This document shows positions 1 through 12,478 of a stretch of DNA of 64,000 nucleotides, piece by piece. Each line of letters opens with the position of its first letter. Position 1 is the stretch's first letter. This DNA is from Mobula hypostoma (taxonomy: Eukaryota), in assembly GCF_963921235.1 (NCBI RefSeq), contig NC_086108.1, positions 62,002,001-62,066,000 on the forward strand, in the 5' to 3' direction. Position numbers and translations under genes: made by a program. The notes beneath the pieces were generated by a model. The model was given only the letters and a program-made list of their open reading frames with translations, was not told where the DNA came from and did no database searches.

Positions 1-916
1 AGGACGGAAAAAAGACATTTGTGGTTAACATAGGAAATCTTTACCGATGGATGAAGGTATTGCTGGCAAGACCAGTGTTTAATGGTATTTGTGGAGAAGA
101 TGGTGAACCACTTTCTTGAACTACTGCACTCCTTCTGGAGAAGGTGGTCTCACAAAACTGTCAGGTAAGGAATACCAGAAAACTCACCCAGAGAAAATAA
201 GGGATTTCCAAATGAAGCTTGTGTGTGCAACTTGGAGATGGTGGTGTTGTTTCTCTCGGAGAGGTTATAGATTTAATAGTTCCTGTAAAGCAGCCTTCAC
301 AAGTTGCTGGACTGCTGTCATGGTAGCTGTTAGAGGAAGGAGATGATTTTCATAGCAGTAGATTGTTTGCTTTGTCCTAAATTTACTGAGCTTCCCAAGT
401 GTTGTTGGGGACAGGGGGAGTTGTATTTCCTGACTTGAGACTTGTAAATGATGAATAGTTCTGAGAGAAGTGGGAGATGAGTCCCTTGTCAGAGCATGCT
501 TCTGATTTGTTCTTGTAGCAACAATACTTAGGTGTTGGTTTAATTAAGACGTTTCCTAAAGTGATGCCAAGTGATGTTTCTGGAAGATTTGCTGAAGAAA
601 ATGTTGAATGCCAAGGGGAGGTGATTGGGTACAGTTAGTCATTGTCTGGTACTTGTTTAGAATGAATATTACTTTCTATCTACCAGTACACGTTGAACTG
701 TTTTGCAGTTGCTTCAGGCAGATATGGCTCATTAGCCGTGGTTGGCAGCTCAGCCAGAAGAAGGAAAACTCTGATCTCAAATCCCTGTTGCCTTGCGGCT
801 ATACACATTCATGGGAAAGGCTTCAAGAGTAAACCATGAGGAAAATCTGGAGCTGGAGTCCCTAAGGCAGTCCTACATTGACTGCCAGCTCCTGTGATGC
901 CACAAGTGTCAAATTA

Positions 917-2516
917 CACTGGACAACAAAGATTTTGCTTCCCGAACACCTTTAGGTGTATCTTATGAACTTTGGGTTACTGATCATGAAAATCACAATG
1001 AAATTTCCTTATCACATGCCATTTTTAATAAACTTATGTTTATTATTTCAATTCATAGTTCAAGTCAATTAAAATGTTGCCTACAATGTAAGCTGGAAAG
1101 TTTCCTATCTTGTCCGGGCATGCTTGGGCATGCTTAGGTGGCGTGGCTGCTGCGTGGCAGGACAGGTTTTAGTAATAATTATTGGGTTCAGGACTGTAAG
1201 GATGGAATTTGCTATCACCAGGCACAAAAATTTATATGAAGGATTTTGATATTTGATTCAGATGCTTCCCAGAATAACCGATGCCAAGATTAAGGAAAGC
1301 ATTTTTGTTGGTCCACAATCAAACAGGTCATCAATGACAGGCAATTTGAAGAATTTCTAGTGGGACCGGAGAAAATCACATGGAAGGCATTCAAGGAAGT
1401 TGTTGAATTTTTTCTCGGCATCTACAGAGCACCAAACTACATGCAGCTGGTTGAAAGCATGCTTCAAGCATATAAAACCATGAAATACAACATGTCACTA
1501 AAGATTCATTTTCTGCATTCCCATTTAGACTTCTTCCCTGCAAATCTTGGTGCCGTTAGTGACGAGCATGGTGAAAGGTTTCACCATTGCGGTCATGGAG
1601 AAAAGATACCAGGGCAACTGGAATCCATCAATGCTGGCGAATTATTGTTGGACACTTAAGTGAGAAGCCTCAGACACTGAGTACAAATGAAAATCATGTG
1701 CACAATTCTGATTTGATGGAGACAGATGTGAGAGTATGGAGGAACATCTGGAGAAACTTCTGAATAGCAGTTTCCGCTGCTACTGTGTGGTAACCGTAAT
1801 CTCCAGAGCAGAAGGCCCCGAATCCTTGGCTTCGCTTGTTTTGGCAACCGGGGCTAGGTCGAAGGCGCTCGGTAGAGGATGGCGCTCAGGAGGCTGTATC
1901 AGAGGGGCTGGTCGGAGGCTCAAAGCTTTTGGATGGACGGACTCGGTGTCGGCTGTGGTCAGCTGCTTCCAAGGCACCAGCAGTTGTCGGTGCCTTGAAG
2001 GTTTATGACAGGGAGTTTCTCCCTTTTGCCGCCTGCTATCGGGGACTTGGGAGTCGATTGGGACTTGAGACTTCTTTTAACCGTGCCCATGGTCTGTTCT
2101 TTATCAAATTATGGTATTGTTTTGCACTGCTGTAACTATATGTTATAATTATGTTGTTCTGTCAGTGTTAGTCTTTGGTTTGTCCTGTTTTCTGTGATAT
2201 CACTCTGGAGGAACATTGTATCATTTCTTAAGGCATGTATGCATTTCTAAATGACAATAAATGAGGACTGAGTGTTCTCATAATCTAATCTAAATCATTA
2301 ACAAAATATTTTTAACTTAGTTGAACTATTGCAAAGCATCAGCACCATTATGCAGTTAAACACATTATATTCAATAAAAGTTAATTTGTTGTTTCTCCAA
2401 ATTCCTACGTGATACAAGTAGTCTGAAATTATATTTGTGTTCATCCTCAAGCAGTCTATCAGAAACAAAAAAAAATTCTGAGGAAGCAACAATTTGAAAA
2501 AATTTGTTGTCCAGTG
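917..2516 (+). mobile_element. Internally deleted Chapaev3 (CMC) DNA transposon
   Basis: TIRs CACTGGACAACAAA / TTTGTTGTCCAGTG with a 3-bp TTA TSD on both sides. Transposase C-terminal remnant MSLKIHFLHSHLDFFPANLGAVSDEHGERFH (about 1262-1660) with frameshifts. Confidence 0.9.
1698..2291 (+). mobile_element. Non-coding retroelement 3' portion nested in Chapaev3
   Basis: 7-bp TSD AAATCAT (1691-1697, 2292-2298). Ends in AATAAA plus an (AATCT)n tail. No RT ORF. Confidence 0.7.
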
Positions 2517-2829
2517 TTATCTATTTCTGCTATTCCTTGGGATTCATCAGCTGCATGGAGAGGAAGAGCCTTGCTCTCCATATCATACTGCCCTGGCTTG
2601 CATATTGATAAAGTGAACACCTAGGACGCAACATCCATGGATTACACTGACCAACAGAAGCCTACCTGGGACTGAATGCAGACCAGACTGATTTTGCCAC
2701 TTAGCACATCAAACATGGTCACAGGTATAGTTGGCCATTCAATAGCTGGGATATTTGAGTACATGGAGAGTCAGCCCTCACACCATGAATGTTGGCTGTT
2801 GAATACAAAGGCAAACAATTATACCTAAT

Positions 2830-4600
2830 GTATATAAGCATTACTTCTACCCCCGGTAGGAGTATTATGTTCAATTCCAGGCACCTCATTTTGAGAAAAA
2901 AGCAGAAGCTTTGAAGTGGGAACAGAAGAGATTTCTCAAAATTGTTTATGGACAAGAGGGATTCCAGTTACATGGTTAGACAGTTTCCTGCAGGACAGAG
3001 AAAGCTGGAGGTGTTTAAAGTCATAATGAGTTTAGAGAGAATAAATAAAGCTGTCCTTTCCATTGCCTGTTAGAGCAATAGTATGAAGGTACAGATTAAA
3101 GGCCAAAGAACCAGAGGTATCATGAGAAAGCAAAACCTTCAATGTGCAAATGATTAGGATTAACTTTGAGTTGTGAATTTATTATCTTATATTAGCAAAG
3201 GCAATATTATTGATAAGTGATAGATAAATAGTAGTTTTCAAAAGGATACAAATACATGTAAAGGAAAACCTAGTGGAAACAATATAGTCTGAAAAAGCCC
3301 ATGCATATTTACTGGGCCAGATGTATTTATTCTGTGAAGTTCTTTGACATTAAAGCCGTTGGAACGTGCACTATGTACTATTTCTTCCAGCAGAAAGGGT
3401 TGACTAAAGAGATGGATTTTGAGACAGTTAGTAATGTTATTTTCTCAGAGCTGAATCAATAACAAACTGTGATTGGTTTCTAATTTACTCCCCTTTCTGT
3501 ATAAACAATCTATAAAATGTTTCCTGCAGAAGTTCATTCCCCTTCATTTTGATGGATTTCAGTACTTATCATGTCTAACAGAATTTAATAATGGCATAGG
3601 AAACTTAAATACAAAAAACATACATCACAGCACACTGCACTTACTTGTGTTAAGATTGTTTCTTATAATATTGCCTTCGCTCATATAAGATAATAAACTC
3701 ACAACTCAAAGTTAATAACAAACTTAATGGATTGTGTAGATCTCTGCCAGCCAGAAGATTATTTCAGTGCTCATGTTTGACTGAGGTGCAGGGAGATAAT
3801 GATCCTTGTTTTCCAGTCCAAGTGCACCACCTCAAAGGTTCAAACCCCAGCTAAGGGGCAAAATCATGGAGAGCTTGTGAGTTCAATGGAGAGCATCAGA
3901 AATAAAAAGGGAAACTGGTGTAAAAACTATTTGAGGAGGAATTTCTTTAGACAACAGGTAGTGAATCTATGGAATTTATTGCCACAGATGGCTGTGGAAG
4001 GCAAGTCACTGGGTATATTTAAAACAGAAGTTGATAGGTTCTTGATTATTAAAGGTTACAGAGAGAGGGTAGGAGAATGAGGTTGAGAGGGATAATAAAT
4101 CAGCCTTGATGGAATAGCAGAACAGACTCAATGGGCTAAATGGGCTAGTTCTGCTCCTAGGTTTTTTGATCTAAAACTTAAGAGAAAATGCTGTCATCTG
4201 AGCCGCATGCGGCAAATTTAATGGAGATGCAGTTACAGGTAGTTTTGAGTGTCAGTATACAAACAATTAATGCTAAATCTTTATAAAACATTGGTTAGGC
4301 CACAGCTGAAATATTGTGATGCCATTTGGGCTTTTCATTTGGCGAAGATGTCAAGGTCCGGAGAGGCTCTAGAAGAGATTTGACAGAAGGAAATCAATGA
4401 CTTCAGTTTGCGGACAGATTGAATGAAATGGCATTACTTTCACTAAAAAGGGTAGACGTACAGTAATTGAGGTGTGTAAAATCACGTAGGGTTTTGCTAA
4501 GGGATATCTACCTGGTAGAATGGTCAGTAAAGAGAGTTCAAGTTAATTGGCAAAAGAACTGGTGGTGACAAGAGGAAGGTTTTTTAAAGAACTGAACTAT
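2830..4600 (+). mobile_element. Cluster of old CR1 3' fragments
   Basis: RRNFFRQQVVNLWNLLP (3930-4080) and more decayed copies at about 2830-3340 and 4200-4600. Confidence 0.65.
3159..3716. repeat. 52-bp inverted repeat pair (3159-3210 / 3665-3716), 3 mismatches
   Basis: attaactttgagttgtga[a/g]tttattatcttatat[t/g]agc[a/g]aaggcaatattat and its reverse complement. Confidence 0.9.
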
Positions 4601-6460
4601 GGTGAAAGGGAAGCTAATCTAATTCATTAGCTCTTCTTGCACACTCCCTCAGGATCAACGATGAATTGCTTCCATACTGATTTTGTGGCTTCTGTGATGG
4701 CTAATGAGGTGATATGGGAACTGCAGATTCCTCCACAGTCAGGGCAGGATGTCCATTACAGGGCAGGAGGTGGGTAATTTGGGAAGTGGTTCACTCCTTC
4801 CATTACTCTGTGCAAGGCCTCTGTGCCTCTGGATGCATGGCTTCAAGGTTCTCCATACCATGCTGAATGTTCTGTGAGAACTTGAGTCCGTGGAGATTCA
4901 ACAGGAATATGAAAATGAGAACTGAATGGATACATGAAGGAAAGAAAATTAACAAGAGCACGAGGAACGTCAAGGAGGGAAGGGTAAGTGGAGAACTCAC
5001 TCAAAAAGTTAGCATATGTCGGATGGGCCAACTAGCCTCATTCAGGACTATGTCATTCACTGAATCCAGTATGTAAACGTCTTGTCCTTCAAGAATGAAT
5101 AACTGACATGTAACAATATGGCATGAATTCAGATTTTTCTATTGCCTCCTTTTAAATCAGATATCAAGTCTGCTTTTGAATTTGCCTTAATACTGTACCA
5201 TATTGTACATTGAAAGCAAAACAATAATCAAAGAATAAGTATAATCTCATATGGATGTTGAAATTCATATCAACATTAAAACAGTGCAACATATAAGATA
5301 TAAAGAATACCTAAAAATTAGTTGTCCTATCAGAGCTCTCCTATTTTGAAGTAGAATATCCCTTGCAAATGACTAATATCAAGCACATATACTTGTCATA
5401 GGCCTATAACAACTCTGAAAAGCAAGTCCATACATTTCACTTTCAGTACCCCACCATCACACTGCCGTCTCCCCCTGCCACCAAAACATTTCTACCTTTT
5501 CATGCCATTGTTTTGCTGCAGTTACTCATTGAATCTGTAAAGTGTCAGTTTCTTCAAAAACAGGTAAAGTAGGTAATTAGAAAACCAAAAATACACTCAG
5601 TGGCCTCTTTATTAGGTACCTCCAAAGCAGCAGAGTAGAGAAAATATTCTTCAATTTTATTCCATCTGAAATATCATTTATAGATATGGCCTCACTACAA
5701 CAGAGGGAGGTCAGTGAAGATTCATCATTTTGGGTCCTGGCATGGGAGGCTGTTTACAGGTCTTCCCCAGGTGACCAACACCTGACTTATGAATGTCCCA
5801 ACCACATGACTGAGTGATTGGGAAACCAGCAGGATGGATGCGGATTCAATTGCCTGCTGCTGAGCAGCTCCAGGCATCCTCCGAGACGTGGAAATGGGGC
5901 ATTTCACATGCCTTCTGTCTGCACCAGTTAAGCTTTGCAATCCCTTACCCAAGGGGATTGAGAAACCTCTGTCTCTGAGTTAGTCAGGGCAAAAACTGGT
6001 AAGAGTTTTAAATACTAAAGGAGAAGAAGAATGAGATGAGTGAGGGATGGTGATGCTGAGGTAAGAGATCAGCCATAATCCTTCTAAGTGGCAGAGGAAG
6101 GGACTGAATGAGTTCCTGCTGCTTCTATTTCTTATCCTTTTTAAGGATAACCTCAGAGGTGGAAAGAATGGCCAGGTAGTATTAATATTTCAAAAAGGAA
6201 TTTGTGAAAGATGATCCTTTCAGGTGAAGATGCAGTTAACAACGGTGGAACAATTACATTTTAGAGTGATCAAACGGCTCAAATTAGATACTGTATGTAT
6301 TCTGGAAGACTGCATGGGGAAAGGAACTACAGGGACAGGGTGGGGTGAAAATGGGAAGAGATTTAACAACAAAGGCAAAGTTTTTTTTCAATGAAGAGTT
6401 TCATGTACATATATCTCCTTGTTCTCTCCAAGCTAAGTAGCATGAAAAAGCATCCATTTC

Positions 6461-7741
6461 CACAATAGGTCAACAGCAGACGCAATCCCAATGGCTGTCC
6501 GCACAGCTTTAGACCACCTGGACAACACAAACACCTATGTCAGATGCTGTTCATCGACTATAGCTCAGCATTTAATACTATCATTCCCACAATTCTGATT
6601 GAGAAGTTGCAGAACCTGGGCCTCTGTACCTCCCTCTGCAATTAGATCTTTGACTTCCTAACCGGAAGACCACAGTCTGTGCGGATTGGTGATAACATAT
6701 TCTCCTCGCTGACGATCAACACTGGCACACCTCAGGGGTGTGTGCTTAGCCCACTGCTCTACTCTCTGCATACACATGACTGTGTGGCTAGGCATAGCTC
6801 AAATACCAACTATAAATTTGCTGGCCATACAACCATTGTTGGTAGAATTTCAGGTGGTGATGAGAGGGCCTACAGGAGTGAGATATGCCAGCTAGTGGAG
6901 TGGTGCCACAGCAACAACCTGGCACTCAACGTCAGTAAGACGAAAGAGCTGATTGTGGACTTCAGGAAGGGTAAGACGAAGGAACACATACCAATCCTCA
7001 TAGAGGGATCAGAAGTGGAGAAAGTGAGCAGTTTCAAGTTCCTGGGTGTCAGGATCTCTGAGGATCTAACCTGGTCCCAGCATACCAATGTAGTTACAAA
7101 GAAGGCAAGATAGCATCCATACTTCATTAGGAGTTTGAAGAGAATTGGCATGTTAACAAATACACTCAAAAACTTCCATAGATGTACTGTGGTGAGCATT
7201 CTGACAGGCTGCATCACTGTCTGGTATGAAGTGGGAGGGGTTGCCTACTGCACAGGACCAAAAGAAGGTGCAGAGGGTCGTAAATTTAGTCAGCTCCATC
7301 TTGGGTACTAGCCTACAAAGTACCCAGGACATCTTCAGGGAGCGGTGTCTCAGTAAGGCAGCATCCATTATTAAGGACCTCCAGCACCCAGGGCGTGCCC
7401 TTTTCTCACTGTTACCATCAGGCAGGAGGTACAGAAGCTTGAAGGCACACACTCAGCAATTCAGGAACAGCTTCTTCCCCTCTGCCATCCAATTCCTAAA
7501 TGGACATTGAACCCTTGGACACTACCTCACTTTTTATTTAATATACAGTATTTCTGTTTTTTGCATGTTTTTTAATCTATTCAATATGTACGTATACTGT
7601 AATTGATTTACTTATTTATTATTATTATTATTATTTTTATTTCATTTAATTTTTTTCTAGATTATGTATTGCATTGAACTGGTGCTGCTAAGTTAACAAA
7701 TTTCACGTCACATGCTGGTGATAATAAACCTGATTCTGATC
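6461..7741 (+). mobile_element. Rex1/Babar-clade LINE, 5'-truncated
   Basis: RT remnants [40 protein letters not shown]. 3' end AATAAACCTGATTCTGAT. Contains stops and frameshifts. Confidence 0.88.
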
Positions 7742-7758
7742 TATTAAAAGTATCTACC

Positions 7759-8336
7759 TAGAATGGTGGCAAAGCTAATGCACCCATGCCCAAGACAGCA
7801 GTTGACACATGGCATGCAGTGCTGCCCCTCGATTCTTTAAACCCCACCCGTAATAAAAAGATACATAGTGATTACCTTTACCATCGAATGAAACAGTGAA
7901 AGATTTTTTACATCTGAGAGCAGTGAGATATCTTCAGGAAATGTCTCATACTGACTTGGCTCCAACTAGATGGTTGAGAGAACAGATGAAGATACATTTT
8001 GAAATACTCGCACACCTGGCATACACATCAGTATTTGGATAGTAAATAGTTACAAAAACAGTACTATTTACAAATAATTTTCTAATAGCCTTTTTAAAAG
8101 ATTAAAATTAATATTATTTGAACAGGTTTTGTAAAATGCTTCATTTATTTCAATCTGTTATAATTTTATTAATAGTAAAACAATGAGTACATGTAAATAA
8201 ACAATAGGGCACTCTTTTTCATTAATCAGTGTTAATCTCTGTTCAAAATTACTACGGCATGTGACAGAATTTTTTTGACAATGGTCTTACTTTCGCTAAT
8301 TTGGGCACATGCTCTGAAAAAGGTTCGCCATTCTGG
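7759..8336. mobile_element. Degenerate non-autonomous hAT-like element
   Basis: Right end AAAAGGTTCGCCATTCTG and left end TAGAATGGTGGCAAAGCT resemble Charlie-type TIRs. AT-rich interior; no clear TSD. Confidence 0.4.
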
Positions 8337-8660
8337 TGTACTGTAGATCAAATTGAACCTTTTTTATTTCAGAAATTTACTGAATCTTTTTGTCTGTGTT
8401 TTATAGCATATAATTATCTCTGTCTTCAGGTTGATCACGGCACTTAAACTGGAGGTTCATCTACTGAGCCACCTCTTCTTTATTTCTTCATTTAAAGCTC
8501 TCAGGCGATGTTTTACATCATTTGAGACAACTAATACTAGGCCCAGTATTCTGAAGGAGGTTTGATCAAGGCTTCACACAGAAAAGGAATGGTATTTCCG
8601 GTTTGAATTTACTTGCAAAGCAACCGAAGGATTCATTTGCCTTTGCAAAGTCTTGCTGAT

Positions 8661-10497
8661 GTGGCCACGGTAGTGTAACGGATGGTGCTGCACTTCGCCG
8701 TGACCGCTGAAAGAGATTGGGATTTGATTCCCGTGGCTCTCAGTAAGGAGCTCTTCCCATGAATTGAATTGACTTCATGACTTACATCCTTCATATACAC
8801 GAGGAGTAAAAATCTTTACATTACATCTTTGTCAAAATATGCAATTATAGTAATTTATAGTAAATATTATGTTCAACAGGACAGTCAATATAACATAGGA
8901 ATACAGTTGTAGCAGCATGAGTTAATCAGTCTGATGTCCTGGTGGAAGAAGCTGTCCCAGAGCCTGTTGGTCCTGGCTTTTATGCTGCGCTTCCGTTTCC
9001 CAGATGTTAGCAGCTAGAACAGTTTGTGGTTGGGGTAACTCAGGTCTCTAAAGATCCTTCCGGTCCTTTTTACACACCTGTCTTTGTAAATGTCCTAAAT
9101 AGTGGAAGTTCACAATTACAGATGCGCTGGGCTGGCCGCACTACTCTCTGCAGAGTCCTGCGATTGAGGGAAGTACAGTTCCCATACCAGGCAGTGATGC
9201 AGCCAGTCAGGATACTCTCAATTGTGCCCTGTAGGAAGTTCTGAGGATGTGGGGGCCCATACCAAACTTCTTCAACCGTCTTAAGTGAAAGAGGCATTAT
9301 TGTGCCTTTTTCACTACACAGCCGGCATATATAGACCATGAGATTCTCAGTGATGTGTATGCTGAGGAACTGAAAGCTGTTCACCCTTTCAACCCCAGAT
9401 CCATTGATGTCAATAGGGGTTAGCCCGTCTCCATTCCTCCTGTAGTCCACAACCAGCTCCTTTGTTTTTGTGACATTGAGGGAGAGGTTGTTTTCTTGAC
9501 AGCACTGTGTCAGGGTGATGTCTTCTTCTCTGAAGACTGCCTCATTATTATTTGAGATTAGGCCAATCAGTGTAGTATCATCAGCAAATTTAATTAGCAG
9601 ATTGGAACTGTGGGTGGCAACACAGTCATGGTCTACAGAGAGTAAAGAAGGGGGCTTAGGACGCAGCCCTGAGGGGCACCTGTGTTGAGGGTCAGAGGGG
9701 CAGAGGTGAGGGAGCCCAGTCTTACCACCTGCCGGCGATCTGACAGGAAGTCCAGGATCCAGCTACACAAGGCAGGGGGAAGACCGAGGTCTCTGAGCCT
9801 CTTGTCGAGCCTGGAGGCAATTATGGTATTGAATGCTGAACTGTAGTCCAAGAACAGCATTCTCACATAAGCATCCCTTTCTCCAGATGAGTAAGGATGG
9901 TGTGTAGAGCTGTGTCTGTCAATCGGTTGTGACAGTAGGTGAATTGTAGGGGGTCTAGTGTGGGTGGCAGTATGCTGCAGATGTAGTCCTTGACCAACCA
10001 ACCTCTCTAAGCATTTGCTTGTTATTGAGATGAGTGCGATGGGACACCGGTCGTTCAGATGTGTTACCTTGGTCTTTTTAGGTACAGGAATGATGGTGGA
10101 TGTTTTGAAGCAGGAGGGCACTTCACACTGGGAGAAGGAGAGATTAAAAATGTCTGTAAACACACCTGCCAGTTGTGCTACACACAGTCTGAGTAATTGC
10201 CCTGGGATGCCGTCCGGTCTTGCGGCCTTGCGACTGTCCACTCGTTGAAAACACCTGCGTACTTCAGCCTCCGGGACGACCAAGGTGCAGGTCATGCATT
10301 CCCTCTGGATTCTTCGGTTTCCTCCCACGTTCCAAAGACGTACAGTTAGGCATAGTAAGCTGTGAGCATGATACATTGACCCTGGAAGCATGGCAACTCT
10401 TGCAGGCAGCCCAGCATACTCCTCGCTGATTTAACTTCATGCAAATGACGTATTCCACTGTATGCTTCGATTTACATGTGACAAGTAAAGATAATTT
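8661..10497 (+). mobile_element. V-SINE split by the Rex-Babar insertion (head 8661-8761, body 10290-10497)
   Basis: A tRNA-like head precedes the LINE, and the V domain ggtttcctcccacgttccaaagacg resumes directly after it. Confidence 0.7.
8762..10283 (-). mobile_element. Rex1/Babar LINE (second subfamily) splitting a SINE
   Basis: ORF 9633-10391 includes [24 protein letters not shown] and [10 protein letters not shown]. (CAATT)n tail at 8762. Confidence 0.88.
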
Positions 10498-10902
10498 TTA
10501 ATCATAGATTTTCAGCAAAGATCCATTATAAGCCCATTCTAACCTCGTCTCCCACCCAGCAGCCTTGCATGCTCAGATCTTATACTTAGATCTTCTGTGG
10601 ACATGACATGACATTTCATTGTTCATTTAAAATGAAAACACACAGTTATTTGAATGTAGTGCTGTAATGTCTCCCAGTTTTATTACAATGCCAGGGAATA
10701 CCATTGGTCCCCTCATGGCTCTTCCACTTACCTCTGCCTTCTCTCATCCACATGCTCTCCTCTCACACGCTGTGTCCTATTTCATTGAGAGCTTGCAGCT
10801 CAGGCCAACCAGTCCTGTTGCACTTAATTGTGTCACCATTTCACATGTTATGTACACCTTGTGTCGACTCACCTCGCATGCAAACCATTATTAAGGTCTA
10901 TA

Positions 10903-12478
10903 CAGTGGTCCCCAAACACACGGGCCGCGAGGAAACGATATGATTTGGTGGTACGAAGCGATACGAATCAGCTGCACCTTTCCTCATTCCCTGTCACGTC
11001 CACTGTTGAACTTGAACGGACGCGACGTCATTACCCACACAAGGTCATCAGTCCGTAGGAGTAAAAAAACAAACGTCGCTTGAGGGTTTCTTTGGAAGAG
11101 ATGGTAGGGGACATAAAAGGCCTAACGATGATGATAATGCAGAGACAGCTGAGGCAGAGACTGCAAAAAAAAAGAAAGCTTCCTTCAACAGAAAATACGG
11201 CGAGTTGTACATAAAATATGGCTTTATTGCGACCGGCGACTCGCACGCTCCGAGCCCCGTGTGTGATATGTGGAGACAAGCTGTCTAATGAGGCAATGAA
11301 GCCCTCAAAACTGCTTCGGCTCCTTGAGTCCAAGCACCCTGCACTTAAAGACAAACCCATTGAGTTTTTTGAGCGGAAAAAAATGTGAGCAAGCGGGACA
11401 GAAGCAAGTGCTGAGAGTCACCACCTCCACAAATGCTGCTGCTCTGAGAGCGTCGTACTGAGTGACATCTGTGTGACATCTTCAGCCTGCTCAATGAACT
11501 CAGTTTCTCACTTCAGGGGAGAATGACAACTGTCTTCAAGTTGGCAGATAAAGTGTCTACTTTCAAAGCCAAACTGGAACTGCAAGGACGGCGAGAGGGC
11601 AGGGGTATTTTGACTTGTTCCCAACATTAGCTGGGATTTTGGGAGAGACTGAGGCTGCACCATCCCTCTCACAGCTGGGGCGCGATTACCTATACTCGCT
11701 GTCGACAGAATTCGAGCGTTACTTCCCAACCACAAATGACCCAAGACGTACAAAGGAATGGGTCCGTGATCCACTTGTGAATGTCCCTGGAGAATCATCC
11801 ATGTCAGCGCGGGAAGGAGATCAGCTCCTCGAGCTTGCAAATGACGGCCGGCTGAAAAGTTTTTATGTTTGACATAACATCTCTGCCGGCCTTCTGCATC
11901 AAAGTCAAGGCTGAGTATCCTGAGATAGCCACGAAAGCACTGAAAACGTTGCTTCCATTTCCAACATCGTATCTCTGAGAAGCGGAGTTTTCTGCAATGA
12001 ATGCAATGAAAACTAAATTGCGGAATAGACTGGACATAAGGACCCCCCTTCGAGTATCGCTGTCTCCCATCACCCCTCGATGGCACCGTCTTGTTGCAGG
12101 AAAACAAGCCCAGGGCTCCCACTGATTCAGCGATATTGGTATGTTGCAATTATTTTATATGTCCATACGGGGAAAATATGTGTTGTGTTTAATATCCAAA
12201 CGTTACTTAAAATGTTATGATGCTATTGACTTATAAGTGACTTATAATTGACTTATCACTATATTCATGCGAGGAAAATATGCGCTATGTGTTTAACATC
12301 AAAGTTATTAGATAAACCCTTTTAGAAACGAAATTGAGTGTATTATTGCCACTTATAAGTAACTTATAGTTTCACCTATATTTCAGTCGTGATTAACACC
12401 CCCCCCCCGCCCCCCGGTCCTCAAGAATATTGTCAATATTAAACCGGTCCGTGGTGCAAAAAAGGTTGGGGACCCCTG
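10903..12478 (+). mobile_element. Internally deleted hAT (Charlie/Buster group) transposon
   Basis: TIRs CAGTGGTCCCCAA / TTGGGGACCCCTG; TSD GTCTATA(C), which fits the Charlie NTCTAGAN-type target. BED-finger remnant YGFIATGDSHAPSP.CVICGDKLSNEAMKPSKL is fused at about 11465 to the C-terminal dimerisation region (LLPFPTSYL..KTKLRNRLD..QAQGSH*). Confidence 0.92.

Noticed and set aside
5592..5622. TACACTCAGTGGCCTCTTTATTAGGTAC, Tc1-like terminal repeat
   Set aside because: No partner TIR or transposase was found nearby; at most a solo fragment.
11508..12149. 213-aa minus-strand ORF
   Set aside because: Antisense shadow of the hAT transposase remnant.
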